A stretch of 64,000 bases of DNA from Mobula hypostoma (GCF_963921235.1 NC_086101.1:930001-994000), one strand, 5' to 3'. Positions 20,990 to 34,782 are shown, numbered from the stretch's first letter. Notes: generated by a model not told the origin, from the sequence alone. Numbers and translations: made by a program.

Positions 20990-23425
20990 CATAAATCTAA
21001 CAGGTATGTATTCTGTAAAACTGTCTCCATTGATGCCTATTATTCCAGCAGTCTTGCCGTAATTCTTAACCCACCAATCTCTGATTTGCTAGATGGAAGC
21101 TCTTTATGCACAGTTGAACTTTTGTAACTGAACTTCTATGTGCAGGGACTCATAGGGAGCGGACATATAAACCAATACTTTGTGTACAAAACAATGTTGA
21201 TGAGTTTCCAACAGTAAACCTGCCCTGCTGTGAGAATGACCTGTTTTAAGACTCATCAAAACAGAAGAGGCATCTGAAGAAATTACTACTTACCATGAAC
21301 AAATTTCCACCACCCACTGTAAGCCTAAAATGATTGAAACAAATTTTGCTGTATATACTGACAAATGGTTGGTATCTTTATCATTACCAATAATTCATGA
21401 GCAAAAACAGCCATATTAACATCCCATTTAAGTTATCTTTGGATTGTTCTGCAGCAATGCTTATCATAATTTTCCTCAATATACTGACAAATCAACAGAT
21501 TCTCAAGCATAACAAAATCCTTAGAATTTATTAAATCGTGCATCAACTAAATCAACTAAAGGCATTGAAAAAAAAACAAGGTAGGATTACCAAGAACGCG
21601 ACAGTGGGATATATTGCAAATCCAATGACTCCATATTCCCAGCGTGATAAGAACCCAGGCACCCAAAACTAAAAACAGTTTTCTTGTGAAGTTCCCAACG
21701 GTCCTCCAACACACCTTTAACAGGATGAGCATTTCTTTGCCCCCTCAGATTAATCCGGTATGTTAACATTAAATTGAATCTCCACAATTTCAAACAGTAA
21801 ATCTGAACCAGGAGACTACCTTACTGCACCACAACACAATCTTAAAGCCTGTGCTTCTATCACACCCAAACATTTTAAAGTTGAAGATGAAGCTGATCCA
21901 TAAATCACACAGCCATAATCAAGAACAGATCGAATTAAACAAGTATAAACGGTCAACAAATATTTTCGTGTAGCACCCCAGAATTCCCACACAGATGCTT
22001 GAGGAGATGTATTACTCCTTTACATTTATCAATTATTTTACTGACATGGAGCTTCCATGTCAGCTTATTATCCATCCACTTGCCTGGAAATCTGACCACT
22101 GACACATTTTCAGGAGTTTGATCATATGATTTCAAATCAAGAGCAGGTCTATTAATCCTCTTTGTAAAACACATGACTTGTGTTTTTTGCCACTGAAAGC
22201 TTAAGGTCCATCTATTTGTCGACTGTTCGACCTTATTAATTGCTAATTGCATCCTATATACACTAAAATTGAAATTTCTACCTCTATTCCTTAAACCTCC
22301 ATAATCTACATATAGTAATTTACACACCCCAGAACCTATCTCAGAGAAAATGTTATTAATCATAATATGAAATAATAAATACTGTCTTGTGGGTCTACTC
22401 TTCTGATATCCACTCTCATAAAACACTATATCACCTCTCTTTTCCAAAATGTAATTCAAACGCTCAATTACCATACATTCCTTAAGATTACATAAATGAG
22501 AGGTTGACGATATTGGCCTATAACCAGAAGGATCAGGCGGGAAGCTCCCAGGTTTTAGAACAGGCACAACTACAACCATTTTCTAAGAGTTGGCCAAACC
22601 CCCAAATACAATTCAGAAATTTTAATATGATCTCAAGAGAGTTGTCAGTCATACGTCTGATCATACAATAACATCCTTTCCCGGAGATGTCTGACCTGTC
22701 AATCCCTTCCAATAATATCACATTATGAACTCCAGTAAACCTTTCTTGCAATCTTCACCACTTCTCTCACCCTTGCATACTGATACCTCCTAACTTTCCT
22801 GAACACCTTGTTTCTCTCCCTCTGCACACTCCTCAGTCCACCATAGTCCAGCCTTTCTCCTATTAATTCCGTTTGTAATGGGAATCACTTCCAACGCAGT
22901 TTGCTGAATAACGTGACATAATCTTTCATTGCAAAAATACACTATAAACATTAAATCTCGTATCCATTCAGACACGCAAGTTGAAAAACTCTTCCTCATT
23001 CAAACCATCGCATCATTCCGCAAACAACCCCACAGTGAACTATGTGCGTTAAAATCCCCACACCATACAACCCTTAGTGAGCGAGAACTACATATACTCT
23101 CTCACAAATCAATAGAAAGTTTTCCACAAGGTTTGTAAAAATTAACCACTTTTATACAGCTACCTGTTGAATCAAATAGTTCTACAACAAATCCCACGTA
23201 CGTTTCATTCACATTCACTACTGGCAACATAAAACTGGCAACAACCACCCCTCTACCAACTAACCTATCATGCCTAATGACAATATATAAACTTAAAAAA
23301 AACTTAAAATGTCCCAGTATCCAGGTTTCCTGAATACATATAACATCGGGAGCATCTGACAAATCAGAAATAAACTTCTTGAAGTCTTGAACATTTTAAA
23401 TCAGGCTTCTCGCATTTCACTGCGA
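20990..23425 (-). mobile_element. Nimb/I-clade LINE, decayed (endonuclease, RT and downstream region)
   Basis: PDVICIQETW; VPVLKPG..DPSGYRPIS.TSHLC; MDNKLTWKLH; LIRSVLDYGCVIYGSASS. Confidence 0.8.
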
Positions 23426-24312
23426 TATAATCCTGCACAGAAAAAATACTTAAAATGTACAAATCTAGAGAAGTCTTTATTCCCTTAGTTTTCCATTTTA
23501 AAAAGGCCTTATCTAAAATTGATGGTTTAAAAAAATAGTTAAAATGGATATTACTAGAAAGAACAAAGTTACTTAAGTCAAAAAATCTGCGAAACTGAAA
23601 CCAAATTTTTAATGTATGTCTTTTTAAATTAATTTTTTAATGCATTTCCACAGTGAAACTACAAAGAACCCAGCAACAAAATGGAAATTTATACAGTGCA
23701 AAACAAACAAATCCAATATATAGTTCATAACAGTAAGGAAAAAAAACACCCAAAAGACAATTATGTAAAATTAATATCCACCCTAACCTCCCACTGAGAA
23801 AAAAGAAAACCCAGGCCACCACCTTACATATATAAAAAAAATCAATCAGAACATTCAACCCCAGAGAACTGTAAATATATGTATAAAAAAAAACATAATG
23901 TTGACTACCAAAAGTATAGTATAATTCACAACAAAAAACACATAACTTTCAAGAAAAAAAAGCTGAAAGTAAGGGATTGTAGCATGCTAAAAAAAAAGAT
24001 AAACTTACCCTAAAGAAGAATTATGAAAATATTCAAGAAAAGGTCCCCACACTTTATGAAACTTTATGTCCAAGTTAAGAAGTGAATAATGAATCTTTTC
24101 GAGGTCTAAACAGCCCATAATATCACTAAGCCATTGAGCATGAGTGGGTGGGGCAACATCTTTCCACCTAAGAAGAACCAACCATCTAGCCAAAAGAGAG
24201 GCAAAAGATAATGCTCGGCATTTAGTCGGACTCAAGTGCATATTAATGTCACCCAAGGTGCCAAAAAGAGCAACCAAAGGGTTAGGTTTAAAATGACAGT
24301 TAAGAATATGCG

Positions 24313-24476
24313 ATTTTTTAAATTTCAAAATATACCTTATTGAAAAATAAATTATCTACAATAAACCATTCAATAACTTTCCACCCTTTACATACATATG
24401 TTTCCATCATAGTCAGTACATATCCGTACTTGTGGCCATCCACGTGGCACTCCAGTTATTCACCTTACCACATCAT
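24313..24476 (-). mobile_element. Short poly(A)-tailed LINE 3' end (Tx1/L1-like) nested in L1 ORF2
   Basis: Interrupts the L1 frame between FWREVLST and SHILNC; minus strand ends ...ttcaataaggtatattttgaaatttaaaaaa. Confidence 0.6.
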
Positions 24477-27060
24477 TGTTGACAAAACTTCTCTCCAGAA
24501 TTTCTCTGGACTAGGACAGGTCCAATACATATGAATAAGGGAAGTCTCAGCCCCTTTACACTTATCACAAACAGGACTAATGTCAGGGTAAAACCGTGAT
24601 AATTTAGTTTTAGATATATGAGCCCTGTGTACAATCTTAAACTGCAAAAGGCAATGACGAGCACATTGAGAGGTTGAGATAACTGACTTAAGAATTAAAT
24701 CCCAAAACACATCGGATAAAGAGATATAAAGATCTTGTTCCCAGGCAGTTCTAATTTTATCGAAAGGAGCACGCCTCAAAATCACTAACTTCTCCCGAAT
24801 AGCCGATATTAAACCTTTACCCAGTGGGTTGGTATGTAAAAACAAATCCAAAACATTTCTCTCAGGCATCTCAGGGAAGTTGATATCAAAGAGTTAATGA
24901 AATGTAGAATTTGAAGATATCTAAAGAAATGAGTATTAGGTAGATTAAACTTTGCAGACACTTGTTGAAAAGTTGCGAAACGATTATCTATGAAAAGATC
25001 TTTAAAGCGCCTAATACCCTTTCTCTACCAGTCGTGAAATGTTAAATCCCGCATAGAAGGTAGGAAAAGATGATTGTGTAAAATAGGGCTAGAAAGAGAA
25101 AAACCATGAAGACCATTCAATTTTCTGAACTGAGCCCATATTCTTAAAGTATGTCTAATAAGAGGATTAGCAATAAGTCTAGGTAAATGACAAGGAAGTG
25201 TGGAACCGAGAACTGCAGGAATTGAAAGATCCTTAGTAGAGTTCACCTCCATTGCCACCCATTTTGGGTAGTCAGACTTATTATGAAAGAAAGACCAAAA
25301 AATAAGACGATGAATATTGGTTGCCCAGTAATATAAACGAAAATTAGGCAAGACCATACCACCCTCCTTTTTAGATTTTTGAAGATGAGATTTGTTAAGT
25401 CTAAGACGTTTTCCCTGCCAGAGATGAGATGAAATAATAGAATCTAACCCATGGAAAAAGGCTTTAGAAATAAAAATTGGTAGAGACTGAAATAAATACA
25501 AAAATTTAGGAAGGATATACATTTTAATAACATTAATACAACCTACAAGAGACATAGACAAGGGTGACCACTGTGTCAAATTCAGTTTTGTAGAGTTTAG
25601 GAGATTGGTAAAAATTTCACAGAAAAGATTCTTGAAGTTCCTTGTTACTGTAATGCCAAGATAAATGAATTGATTATTAACTACTTTAAAAGGGAGGTCC
25701 TGAAATACTAAAGTTTGTGCTTCTCTATTGATTGGAAAGAGGTCAGTCTTATGTACATTAAGTTTATAACCAGAGAGTTGACTAAATTTATCAAGAAGTG
25801 AAAACATTGAGGGTAAGGAGGTGGTCGGGTTTGATATAAAAAGTAAAAGATCATCAGAATAACCTCCCCTCTAAATCCCCATCACTTCAACACAGCTACA
25901 AAACGCAATGGCAAGTGGCTCGATAGCCAAATGGAAGAGTAAGGGACTTTAAGGGCAACCTTGACGAGTGTCGCGTTTAATGCTGAAAGACTGGGATAGC
26001 TGAGGGTTGGTCAAAACAGAAGTGGTGGGACAGGAGTATAGTAATTTAATCCATGTAGTAAAACCTTGTTCAAAATCAAATTTTTCTGAAACCACAAAAA
26101 GGTAATTCCATTCGACACGATCGAACGCTTTCTCTGCATCAAGCAAAATAACACATTCAGGAGTCCCAGTAGAGAGTGAATATAAGATATTAAATAAGCG
26201 CCGTATAGTAAAAAGGAGAAGACGATTTTTGATAAAACCAGTTTAGTCTTCGGAAATGGCAGAGGGTATAATGTTTTCTAATCTACGAGCCAAAACTTTA
26301 GCCAAGATTTTAACATCAACATTTAATAAAGAAATCAGCCTATATGAAGAACCTTCTGTCGGATCTTTACCTTTTTTGGCTAAAAGAACGATACATGCTT
26401 CTTTGAATGATGCAGGCAATTTACCATGCCTGAACAAATCGGATAAAACTAAAAATAATTGAGATGAATGCAGAGAAGAAAATAATTTATAGAATTCTGC
26501 TGAAAAGCCATCAGGTCCGGGAGATTTACCCAACTGTAACACAGAGATGGCAGATGATATTTCCTCGAATGATAATGGTTTGTTGAGTTTTACTTTAAAG
26601 TCAGAGGAGAGCGAAAGAATGTTTAAACTATTTAAAAAATGTTCAACTGAGATATTCTCATTTAAAGATTCAGAAGTATAAAGTCGAGAATAATAGTTCT
26701 TGAACGTGAGATTGATATCAGAATGATTCAAAGTAATGTTCCCATTTCCATTCGAATTTTTGTGATTTATTGTTTAGCTTTAGAGCATCTTAGTTGGTTA
26801 ACCAGAAACTTACCGGACTTATCCCCATGAATATAAAATCCGCTCTTACTATCAAGGAGTTGATGTTCAACCGGCTGACTGGAGATAAGGTCAAACTTGG
26901 TTTGAAGTTCTACTCTCTTCTTATATAATTCAGGATTTTTAGTCTGGCCATATAATTGGTCTCGCAAACACGAGGAATTCTGCAGATGATGGAAATTCAA
27001 GCAACGCATCAAAGTTGCTGGTGAATGCAGCAGGCCAGGCAGCATCTCTAGGAAGAGGTA

Positions 27061-27098
27061 CAGTCGACGTTTCGGGCTGAGACCCTTCGTCAGGACTA
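27061..27098 (-). ncRNA. Minimal type I hammerhead ribozyme
   Basis: Minus strand reads TAGTC-CTGACGA-A-GGGT CTCA GCCC-GAAAC-GTC-GACTG; stems I and II pair. Confidence 0.8.
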
Positions 27099-27511
27099 AC
27101 TGAAGGAAGACCTAGTAAGAGATTTGAAAGTTGGAGGGGGAGGGGGAGATCCAAAATGATAGGAGAAGACAGGAGGGGGAGGGATGGAGCCAAGAACTGG
27201 ACAGGTGATAGGCGAAAGGGGATACGAGAGGATCATGGGACAGGAGGCCCAGGGAGAAGGAAGAGGGAGAGGGGGAAACCCAGAGGATGGACAAGGTGTA
27301 TAGTCAGAGGGACAGAGGGAGAAAAAGGAGAGAGAGAGAGAAAGAATGTGTGTATATAAATAATTAACGGATGAGGTACGAGGGGGAGGTGGGGCATTAG
27401 CGGAAGTTAGAGAAGTCAATGTTCATGCCATCAGGTTGGAGGCTACCCAGATGGAATATAAGGTGTTGTTCCTCCAACCTGAGTGTGGCTTCATCTTTAC
27501 AGTAGAGGAGG

Positions 27512-27890
27512 CCCTTACACTTCCTCCCTTACTACCATCCAGGGCCCCAGACAGTCCTTCCAGGTGAGGCGACACTTCACCTGTGAGTCGACTGGGGTGA
27601 TATACTGCGTCCAGTGCACCCGATGTGGCCTTTTATATATTGGCGAGACCCGACACAGACTGGGAGACGGCTTTGCTGAACATCTACACTCTGTCCGTCA
27701 GAGAAAGCAGGATCTCCCAGTGGCCACACATTTTAATTCCACGTCCCATTCCCATTCTGACATGTCTATCCACGGCCTCCTCTACTGTAAAGATGAAGCC
27801 ACACTCAGGTTGGAGGAACAACACCTTATATTCCGTCTGGGTAGCCTCCAACCTGATGGCATGAACATTGACTTCTCTAACTTCCGCTAA
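27512..27890 (+). CDS. Penelope GIY-YIG endonuclease C-terminal fragment (open frame, 5'-truncated)
   Basis: FTCESTGVIYCVQCTRCGLLYIGETRHRL..RFAEH-like..PVATHFN..EQHLIFRLGSLQPDGMN. Confidence 0.9.
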
Positions 27891-28188
27891 TGCCCCACCT
27901 CCCCCTCGTACCCCATCTGTTATTTATTTATATACACACATTCTTTCTCTCTCCTTTTTCTCCCTCTGTCCCTCTGAATATACCCCTTGCCCATCCTCTG
28001 GGTTTTTTCTCCCCTCCTCCCCCTTTTCCTTCTCCCTGGGCCTCCTGTCCCATGATCCTCTCATATCCCTTTTGCCAATCACCTGTCCAGCTCTTGGCTC
28101 CATCCCTCCCCCTCCTGTCTTCTCCTATCATTTCGGATCTCCCCCTCCCCCTCCCACTTTCAAATCTCTTACTAGCTCTTCCTTCAGT

Positions 28189-28226
28189 TAGTCCTGACGA
28201 AGGGTCTCGGCCTGAAACGTCAACTG
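28189..28226 (+). ncRNA. Minimal type I hammerhead ribozyme
   Basis: TAGTC-CTGACGA-AGGGTCTCGGCCT-GAAAC-GTC-AACTG. Confidence 0.7.
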
Positions 28227-28479
28227 TACCTCTTTCTAGAGATGCTGCCTGGCCTGCTGCGTTCACCAGCAACTTTGATGTGTGTTGATATAATTGCTCT
28301 ATTGCTTTAATTTGACTGATCAAATCTGAACGCTCCAGACGAGTCTTTCTTTTCAAATTCACAGTGTATGAAATTATTTGACCCCTCAAATATGCTTTCA
28401 TGGCATCCCAGATGACCTGGGATGAGATTTTAGATGACACATTAGTACTTAGACAAAAGGTTATTTGGTCCTTCATAAA

Positions 28480-29550
28480 TTTTACAATTACAATTTACAA
28501 ATTAATGTATGTCTAACAAAGGGACTGAGATCTTGTCTATCAATCTTAGAAAACAAAAAGGGAAGAGGAGCTCCCAGTAAAGAAGCCAAAGAGAATCCCT
28601 TTACCGACTTCTCCTCCAAGTCCAGCCATGAAGGACAGGCCTGCATATCTATACAGTGAATCCAAAAAGTAATATAACGAATTGCCCAGTAATAGAATCT
28701 AAAGTTTGGTAAAGCCAAGGCACTATCTTTTTTTAATTTTTGCATTAAAGGTTTACTCACTCTAGAGCTTTTATTATTCCAGATATATGACAAGATCATA
28801 GAATCTATTCTATCAAAAAACGTTTTCGGGACAAAGGATGGAACAGCTTGAAGCGTGTATAAAAATTTCAGAAAATTGTCATTGTTATAGCATTTATTCA
28901 ACCAATTAATGACATCATCATAAGTGACAAATTGAAAAGCATTTGTTGTATATATTCAATTGAAGGAAGAAAATTATATTTATATAAATCTTTAAAATTT
29001 TTAGTAATTTTAATACCAGGATAGGTAAAATAATTTTAGCAATATTAAAAGGAATTTGATCATATTGATCTGAATAATTATTAATAGGAAATAATTCACT
29101 TTTATGTAAATTTAACGTATCCGGAGAAAGCACTAAATTCAGTAAATATGGATAACATAGAGGGAATAGATGGTCTGAAACGTAAACTAATAAATCACCT
29201 GCATACAACAAAACTTTATGTACTTAATCTCCTCTCTCAAGTAAATTGCTGGCTGGTCAGAAGACAGATTTTGAAAATACGTAGACCAGATAGAACTGAA
29301 ACATTAGATTCTCATGAAATTAATAAGATATTTATGGATTTTTATTCTAATCTTTATAAATCTGAACTTTTTGATGATGCTATCTTTGTGCATAGATTTT
29401 TGCAAATATTAAATATACCTAAAATTCCTATTCAAGGTATTAACATATTAGATGTGCCTATTAAACATGAGGAAATAGCTGGGGCTATACCCTCTGTGCA
29501 ACTAGGGAAAGCTCCAGGACCAGATGGATATACAGTGGAATTTTATAATT
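28480..29550. mobile_element. Second L1 fragment with internal inversion (minus 28480-29215, plus about 29240-29550)
   Basis: Minus part: LYAGDLLVYV, ALPNFRFYYWA. Plus part: EINKIFMDFYSNLYKSE..GKAPGPDGYTVEFY. Confidence 0.75.
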
Positions 29551-29960
29551 CCTGAGCCTGAGCCTGTATTCACCAGAGGAATTAGGACTGATCTCATTCA
29601 AACTTATCAAATTGTGAAAGGGCTTGATAGAGTGGACGTGGAAAGGCTGCTTCCTGTGGTGGAAGAGTCTATGACCAGCAAGCAGAGCATCAGAACAGAG
29701 AGGTATCATTGTAGGTCGGAGATGGAGGAATTTCTTTGACAGAGAGTAGTGAATCTGCTGAATTCTTTGCCACATGGAACTGTGAGGCCAATTCTTCCTG
29801 TACACTTAAGGCAGAGGGAGATAGACTCTTGATTGATCAGGGCATGAAGGGATACGGGGACAAGACAAGAGATTGGGGCAGAGAGGAAATTTGGAACAAC
29901 CATGATAAAATGACAGAACAGACTTGATGGGGTAAAGGGCCTCATTCTGGTCTTATATCT
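29551..29960 (+). mobile_element. CR1 LINE 3' end abutting the ZNF pseudogene
   Basis: DLIQTYQIVKGLDRVDVERL; CR1 tail ..ggtcttatatcttatggtc. Confidence 0.8.
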
Positions 29961-31230
29961 TATGGTCTGACGGTCTGTCCCCAGTGTGAACTCGCTGATG
30001 TCGCTTCAAGTCAGATGACTGAGTTAATCCCTTCCAACAATCTAAGAGGGTGAATGGTTTCTCCCCAGTATGAACTAACTGGTGTCTCTGTAGCTTGGAT
30101 GACTGAGTGAATCCCTTCCCACGTTCAGAGCAGGTGAATGGCATCTCCCCAGTGTGGATTCGCTGGTATCTCTGTAGGGTGGATAACTGTGTGAATCCCT
30201 TCCTACATTCAGAGCATGTGAATGGCCTCTCCCCAGTGTGAACCAGCTGGTGTCTCTGTAGGGCGGATGAATGTGTGAATCCCTTCCCACATGCAGAGCA
30301 GGTGAACAGACTCTCCCCAATGTGAACTCGCAGATGTATTTTCAAGTCCGATGACCCAGCAAACTCCTTCCCCCAATCTGAGCAGGTGAACGGCTTCTCC
30401 CCAGTGTGAAGTAACTGGTGCTTCAGTAGATGAAATGACAAAGTGAATCTTTTTCCACAGTCTGAGCATATGAATGGTTTCTCCCCAGTGTGAAAGCACT
30501 GACGTGTGTTCAGTTCAGATGACTGAATGAATCGCTTCCCACAGTCTGAGCAGGTGAATGGCCTCTCCCCTGTGTGAACTCGCTGATGTTCCTGTAGATG
30601 AGATGACTGAATGAATGCCTTCCCACATTCTGAACAGATGAATGCTTTCTCCCCAGTGTGAAGCAGCTGATGTCTCAGTAGCTGAGAAGACTGACTGATT
30701 CCCTTCCCACATCGAGCAGGTGAACGGCCTCTCCCCAGTGTGAACTAACTGATGTACCTGCAGTTGAGATAACGAACTGAACCCCTTTCCACAGTCTGAG
30801 CAGCTGAACGACATCTTCTCGCTGATGCTCGTTCAGCTGAGATGACTGAATGAATCTGTTTCTACGTTCAGAGGAGGTGAAAGACCATGGCACCGTGTGA
30901 ACTTGCTGGTGTCTCTGTAGGGTGGTTGGTTGTGGCAGTGCCTTCCCTCAGTCTGAGAAATGTCCCCTCACTGGTGAATTTTCAGATATATCTTTAGCAT
31001 CGATGAGAGAATGAATTGCTTCCCACAGTCACAACAGGTGGAGCACCTCACTATGGTGTGAACTTGCTGAGGTGTCTTCAGACTGGATGACTGATTGGTT
31101 CCCCTCCCTCACACAGAGCGGGTGAATGGCCTCTCCCCACTGTGAACTCACTGGTGTGTCTGCGGGTAGCCTGTGAGTGAATCTCTTCCCACACTGAGAG
31201 AAGGAGAATGATATCTCACTACGATCAATT
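29953..31230 (-). pseudogene. Tandem C2H2 zinc-finger pseudogene
   Basis: Repeated HTGEKP/HTGERP linkers; several frameshifts; zinc-ligand losses (CSDW, CSER, QRYQ, LLDC). Confidence 0.9.
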
Positions 31231-31633
31231 CTCTGGCAATTCAGAAAGTCAGACGTTTGAATCCCTTGTACAATCAATGCAGTTGAAGAACTGATCTCCA
31301 GTAAACAAATGCTGGTGTGTTCTCAGCTCCCGGTTCCGGTGAATTTCACTGAGTTAAAACAGAAAACTTCATTTCAGAGACAGAATACATTACCAGCTGG
31401 GATGTGATCTGGGATCACCTTCATCTGCAAGGATCGATAACAGACGTGTTGGTGTTGCAAAGAAAATATTTGGTCACTCCTTAAATATCTGGGCAGAGAC
31501 AGCAAAACTGATGTGTTGTTGTGTTTGAGATTCCCGTACACAAGTGTTCTGCCATTTCAAACCTATAAAAATATTTGCAAAAGACATCAATGGGTGAAGG
31601 ACAATATTTCAGGAGAGATTTTAGTCTGTGGTG

Positions 31634-32020
31634 AGAACATAAGAAATAGGAGCAGGAGTCGACCATCTGGCCCGTCGAGCCTGCTCCACCATTGAATAAG
31701 ATCATGGCTGATCTGGCCATGGACTCATCTCCACCTACCTGCCTTTTCCCCAGAACCCTTAACCTCCCTACTGTGCCAAAATCTATCCAACCTTGTCTTA
31801 AATATATTTACTGAGGTAGCCTCCAATCCTTCATTGGGCAGAGAAATCCACAGATTCACTACCCTCTGGGGAAACAGTTCCTCCTCATCTCCATCCCACA
31901 TCCCCCAAAATCTTGGGGCACTGTCCTCCAGGTATCGTCTCACCTTCCAGTGGAAACAACTTTCCTGCCCCTATCTTATATATTCCTTTCATAATTTTAC
32001 ATGTTTCTATAAGATCTCCT
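31634..32020 (-). mobile_element. CR1 3' end (shared with the paralog at 39446-39840)
   Basis: FPQRVVNLWISLP..FKTRLDRF; reverse complement of 39446-39840. Confidence 0.85.
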
Positions 32021-32584
32021 CTGAATGTGAGCTCTGGCATCACAATTCTACCAATTTCAGCTCAGGTTGAGATATATTCCAGGCTACTGTGGGGAGCGAG
32101 GGAGGAGATTGCTGAGCCTCTGGCAATGACCTTTGTATTATCAATCAGGAAGGGAGATGTACCAGAGGATTGGAAGAGATTGTTCCCTTGTTAAAGAAAT
32201 GGAGTAGAGGTAACCCAGAAATTATAGACCAGTGAGTAGAGAGTACCCCAGTGGCCATCCCCTCAGTAATCGTTATCTCGTTTTGGATGCTGTTGAGGGG
32301 GATGACCTGACAGAGGACAACAATGACGATCGGGTCTCTGGCACTGGGCCTGGTTCCGTGGTGCAGGAGGGAAAGAGGAAGATGAGGAATGTGGTAGTCA
32401 TAGGGAATTCCATAGCGAGGGGAATGGACAGGAGGTTCTGCAAGCCTGATAGAGATACCCGCATGGTGTGTAGCCTCCCAGGTGCCAGGGTACGGGATGT
32501 CTCGGATCGGGTGCAGAGTATTCTGAAGGGAGAGGGTGACCAGCCAGAAGTCTCGGTACATGTTGGTACCAATGACATAGGTAG

Positions 32585-33429
32585 CGTTACATATCTCATG
32601 GATATCTTGTGACTGTCTTATGACCATGATGTAATTGAGTATCAGATGAGCATGAAGTAATGATCTTATGGAGGTCACATGATGTGATTTTCCCGCCGAT
32701 GTGAGGTCACGTGATGACATGTTCACCACAGGTATATAAGGGGAGACCCCTGGGGTGACGCAGTTAGTTTTCCAGTTTAGTTTTGTGTTAGATACTCCGT
32801 TTTACTGCGTATTCAGCTAATAACGCAGTTTTGTTTCAAAGTGGAGTTCTACTTTCTATTGTAAGTAGTGTTGGAGAGTGAAGACCTTACCAAAGTACAG
32901 GAATTCTCCAAGTCGAGGAAAGCTGATATCGTTTGGCAGTTTTGGAGAGGATCGGTCTTTATTGAATCTTTGTTCAAGAAAAAGTGACTTGCAACTGAGA
33001 TATCCCCTGCTAATGTAGGAAGGATAATGCAGTGTCTTTTCTCCAGAGGAAAAGGTCAGTTCCTTTAAACTGTTTTATTTCCGTCGTTGTGAATCCTGCG
33101 GACAAGGCAGGTTCCGGCTGTGATCAGCAGTCAGGACACATCTTCGAGGAATTCTTTACTTCAGGAAAGTCTCTCCTAATTGACTGTATAAATCTCTTGG
33201 ACTTTCACATTTAACATTCTAAGAACTGTTTTGAATTTACCACTTTAAGAACTGTTTTTGCATTTACCTTTTTAAGAACCGTTCCAGAGTTGCCGTATAG
33301 CAGTTAACTTCCGGTTAAATTAGTGGCCTGAATATTTTTCGCTATTGTTGATCAGAGGTTAATAAATGTTTGTTTGATTTTATAAAACCTGACTCAATTG
33401 ATATATTCGTTGTTGCCAGTCACGTGACA
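32585..33429 (+). mobile_element. Solo LTR (845 bp) with 4-bp TSD GTAG
   Basis: Termini (C/T)GTTACA...GTGACA; GTAG at 32581-84 and 33430-33; TATATAA near 32733; AATAAA 33361; splits CR1 ORF1 at GTNDIG|RKR. Confidence 0.85.
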
Positions 33430-33637
33430 GTAGAAAAAGGAAGGAGGTCGTGAAGAGAGAATTCAGGGAGTTAGGTAGGAAGCTGAATGGCAGGACCTCG
33501 AGGGTAGTAATCTCGGGATTGCTGCCCGTGTCACGTGCTAGCGAGTGCAAGAATAGAATGATCAGCCATATTAATGCATGGCTGAGAGACTGGTGTAGGG
33601 GGCAGGGCTTCGGGTTCCTGGATCATTGCAGCTCTTC

Positions 33638-34782
33638 ACCATCATACCATCATCCTGCAGAGACTAGTGGAGAAACTGTCGCTGCTTGGCCTTAGTACTG
33701 CCATGTGTCGCTGGATTCTGGATTTCTTGACAGAGAGACCACAGTCAGTCCGTGTTGGCAGGAACATTTCTGACTCCATCACACTGAGCACTGGATCCCC
33801 ACAAGGCTGTGTGCTTAGCCCATTGCTGTTTACACTGCTAACACATGACTGTACAGCCAGATTCAAGGAGAACCTGATCATTAAATTTGCTGATGATACC
33901 ACAGTGGGGGGCTCATCAGCAAAAATGATGAAACTATGTACAGGGAGGAGGTCAAACACCTAGAGAGCTGGTGCAGGGATAATAACTTGATGCTTAATGT
34001 CACCAAAACCAAGGAGATGATCGTCGATTTCAGACGGTCTCAGCCTGGGCACACACCCCTCAGCATCAGCGGCTCCACAGTGGAGAGAGTGGAAAACATC
34101 AAGTTCCTCGGGGTGCAGATTTCGGACAATCTCACCTGGTCCAGGAACACCACTGGGTTTGTGAAACGGGCCCAGCAGAGATTGCACTTTCTGAGGAAGC
34201 TTAAACAAGCATCACTCCCCACTAACATCTTAACTACATTCTACAGAGGCGTGGTTGAGAGTGTGCTGACCTTTTGCATCACAACCTGGTACTCCAGCTG
34301 CAGTGCTGTCGACAAAAAAGCCTTGCAGAAGGTGGTTAGGGGAGCAGAGAAGGTTATTGGAGTCTCCCTACCTTCTGTCCAAGACCTCTTTCAGAGTCGA
34401 TGCCTCCAGAAGACACGGTACATCATTAAAGACCCCTCAGACCCTCTCCATGAACTGTTTGTTCTTCTGCCATCAGGTAAACATTACAGGAGCATCAAAA
34501 CTAAAACCACAAGGCTACTAAACAGCTTCCTCCCACAGGCAGTCAGACTGCTAAATAGCTGCTCCACCTGACTCTGCTTTGGACACTTTTAACTTGCACT
34601 GGACATTTATAACTGATTTTAACTGACATGTGGCTGTTGTGTTTTACTATTTATTGTTATGTTTATTATTTAGTGTTGCGTTTGTTATGTTATGATTGCA
34701 CTGCCCCTGAGAAACGCTGTCTCATTCTGCACTGCAGGGCTGATGTACAGTTAGAATGACAATAAAATTTTTGAATCTTGAG
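33638..34782 (+). mobile_element. Rex1/Babar-type LINE (second subfamily), 5'-truncated
   Basis: [38 protein letters not shown] followed by a TTGAATC tail. Confidence 0.9.

Larger units (their letters stand above)
26963..28287. mobile_element. Fold-back Penelope-like element with 13-bp TSD
   Basis: Minus arm 26963-27513, plus arm 27512-28287; TSD ATATAATTG(G/C)TCT at 26950-26962 and 28288-28300. Confidence 0.95.
23620..28480 (-). mobile_element. L1-clade LINE ORF2 (frameshifted) and 3'UTR, interrupted by Tx1 and Penelope insertions
   Basis: IWDAMKAYLRGQII, GKSPGPDGF, SSYRLISLLNVDVKILAK, LDAEKAFDRVEW, TRQGCP, GGMVLPNFRLYYWA, CDKC..HMYWTCP. Confidence 0.92.
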
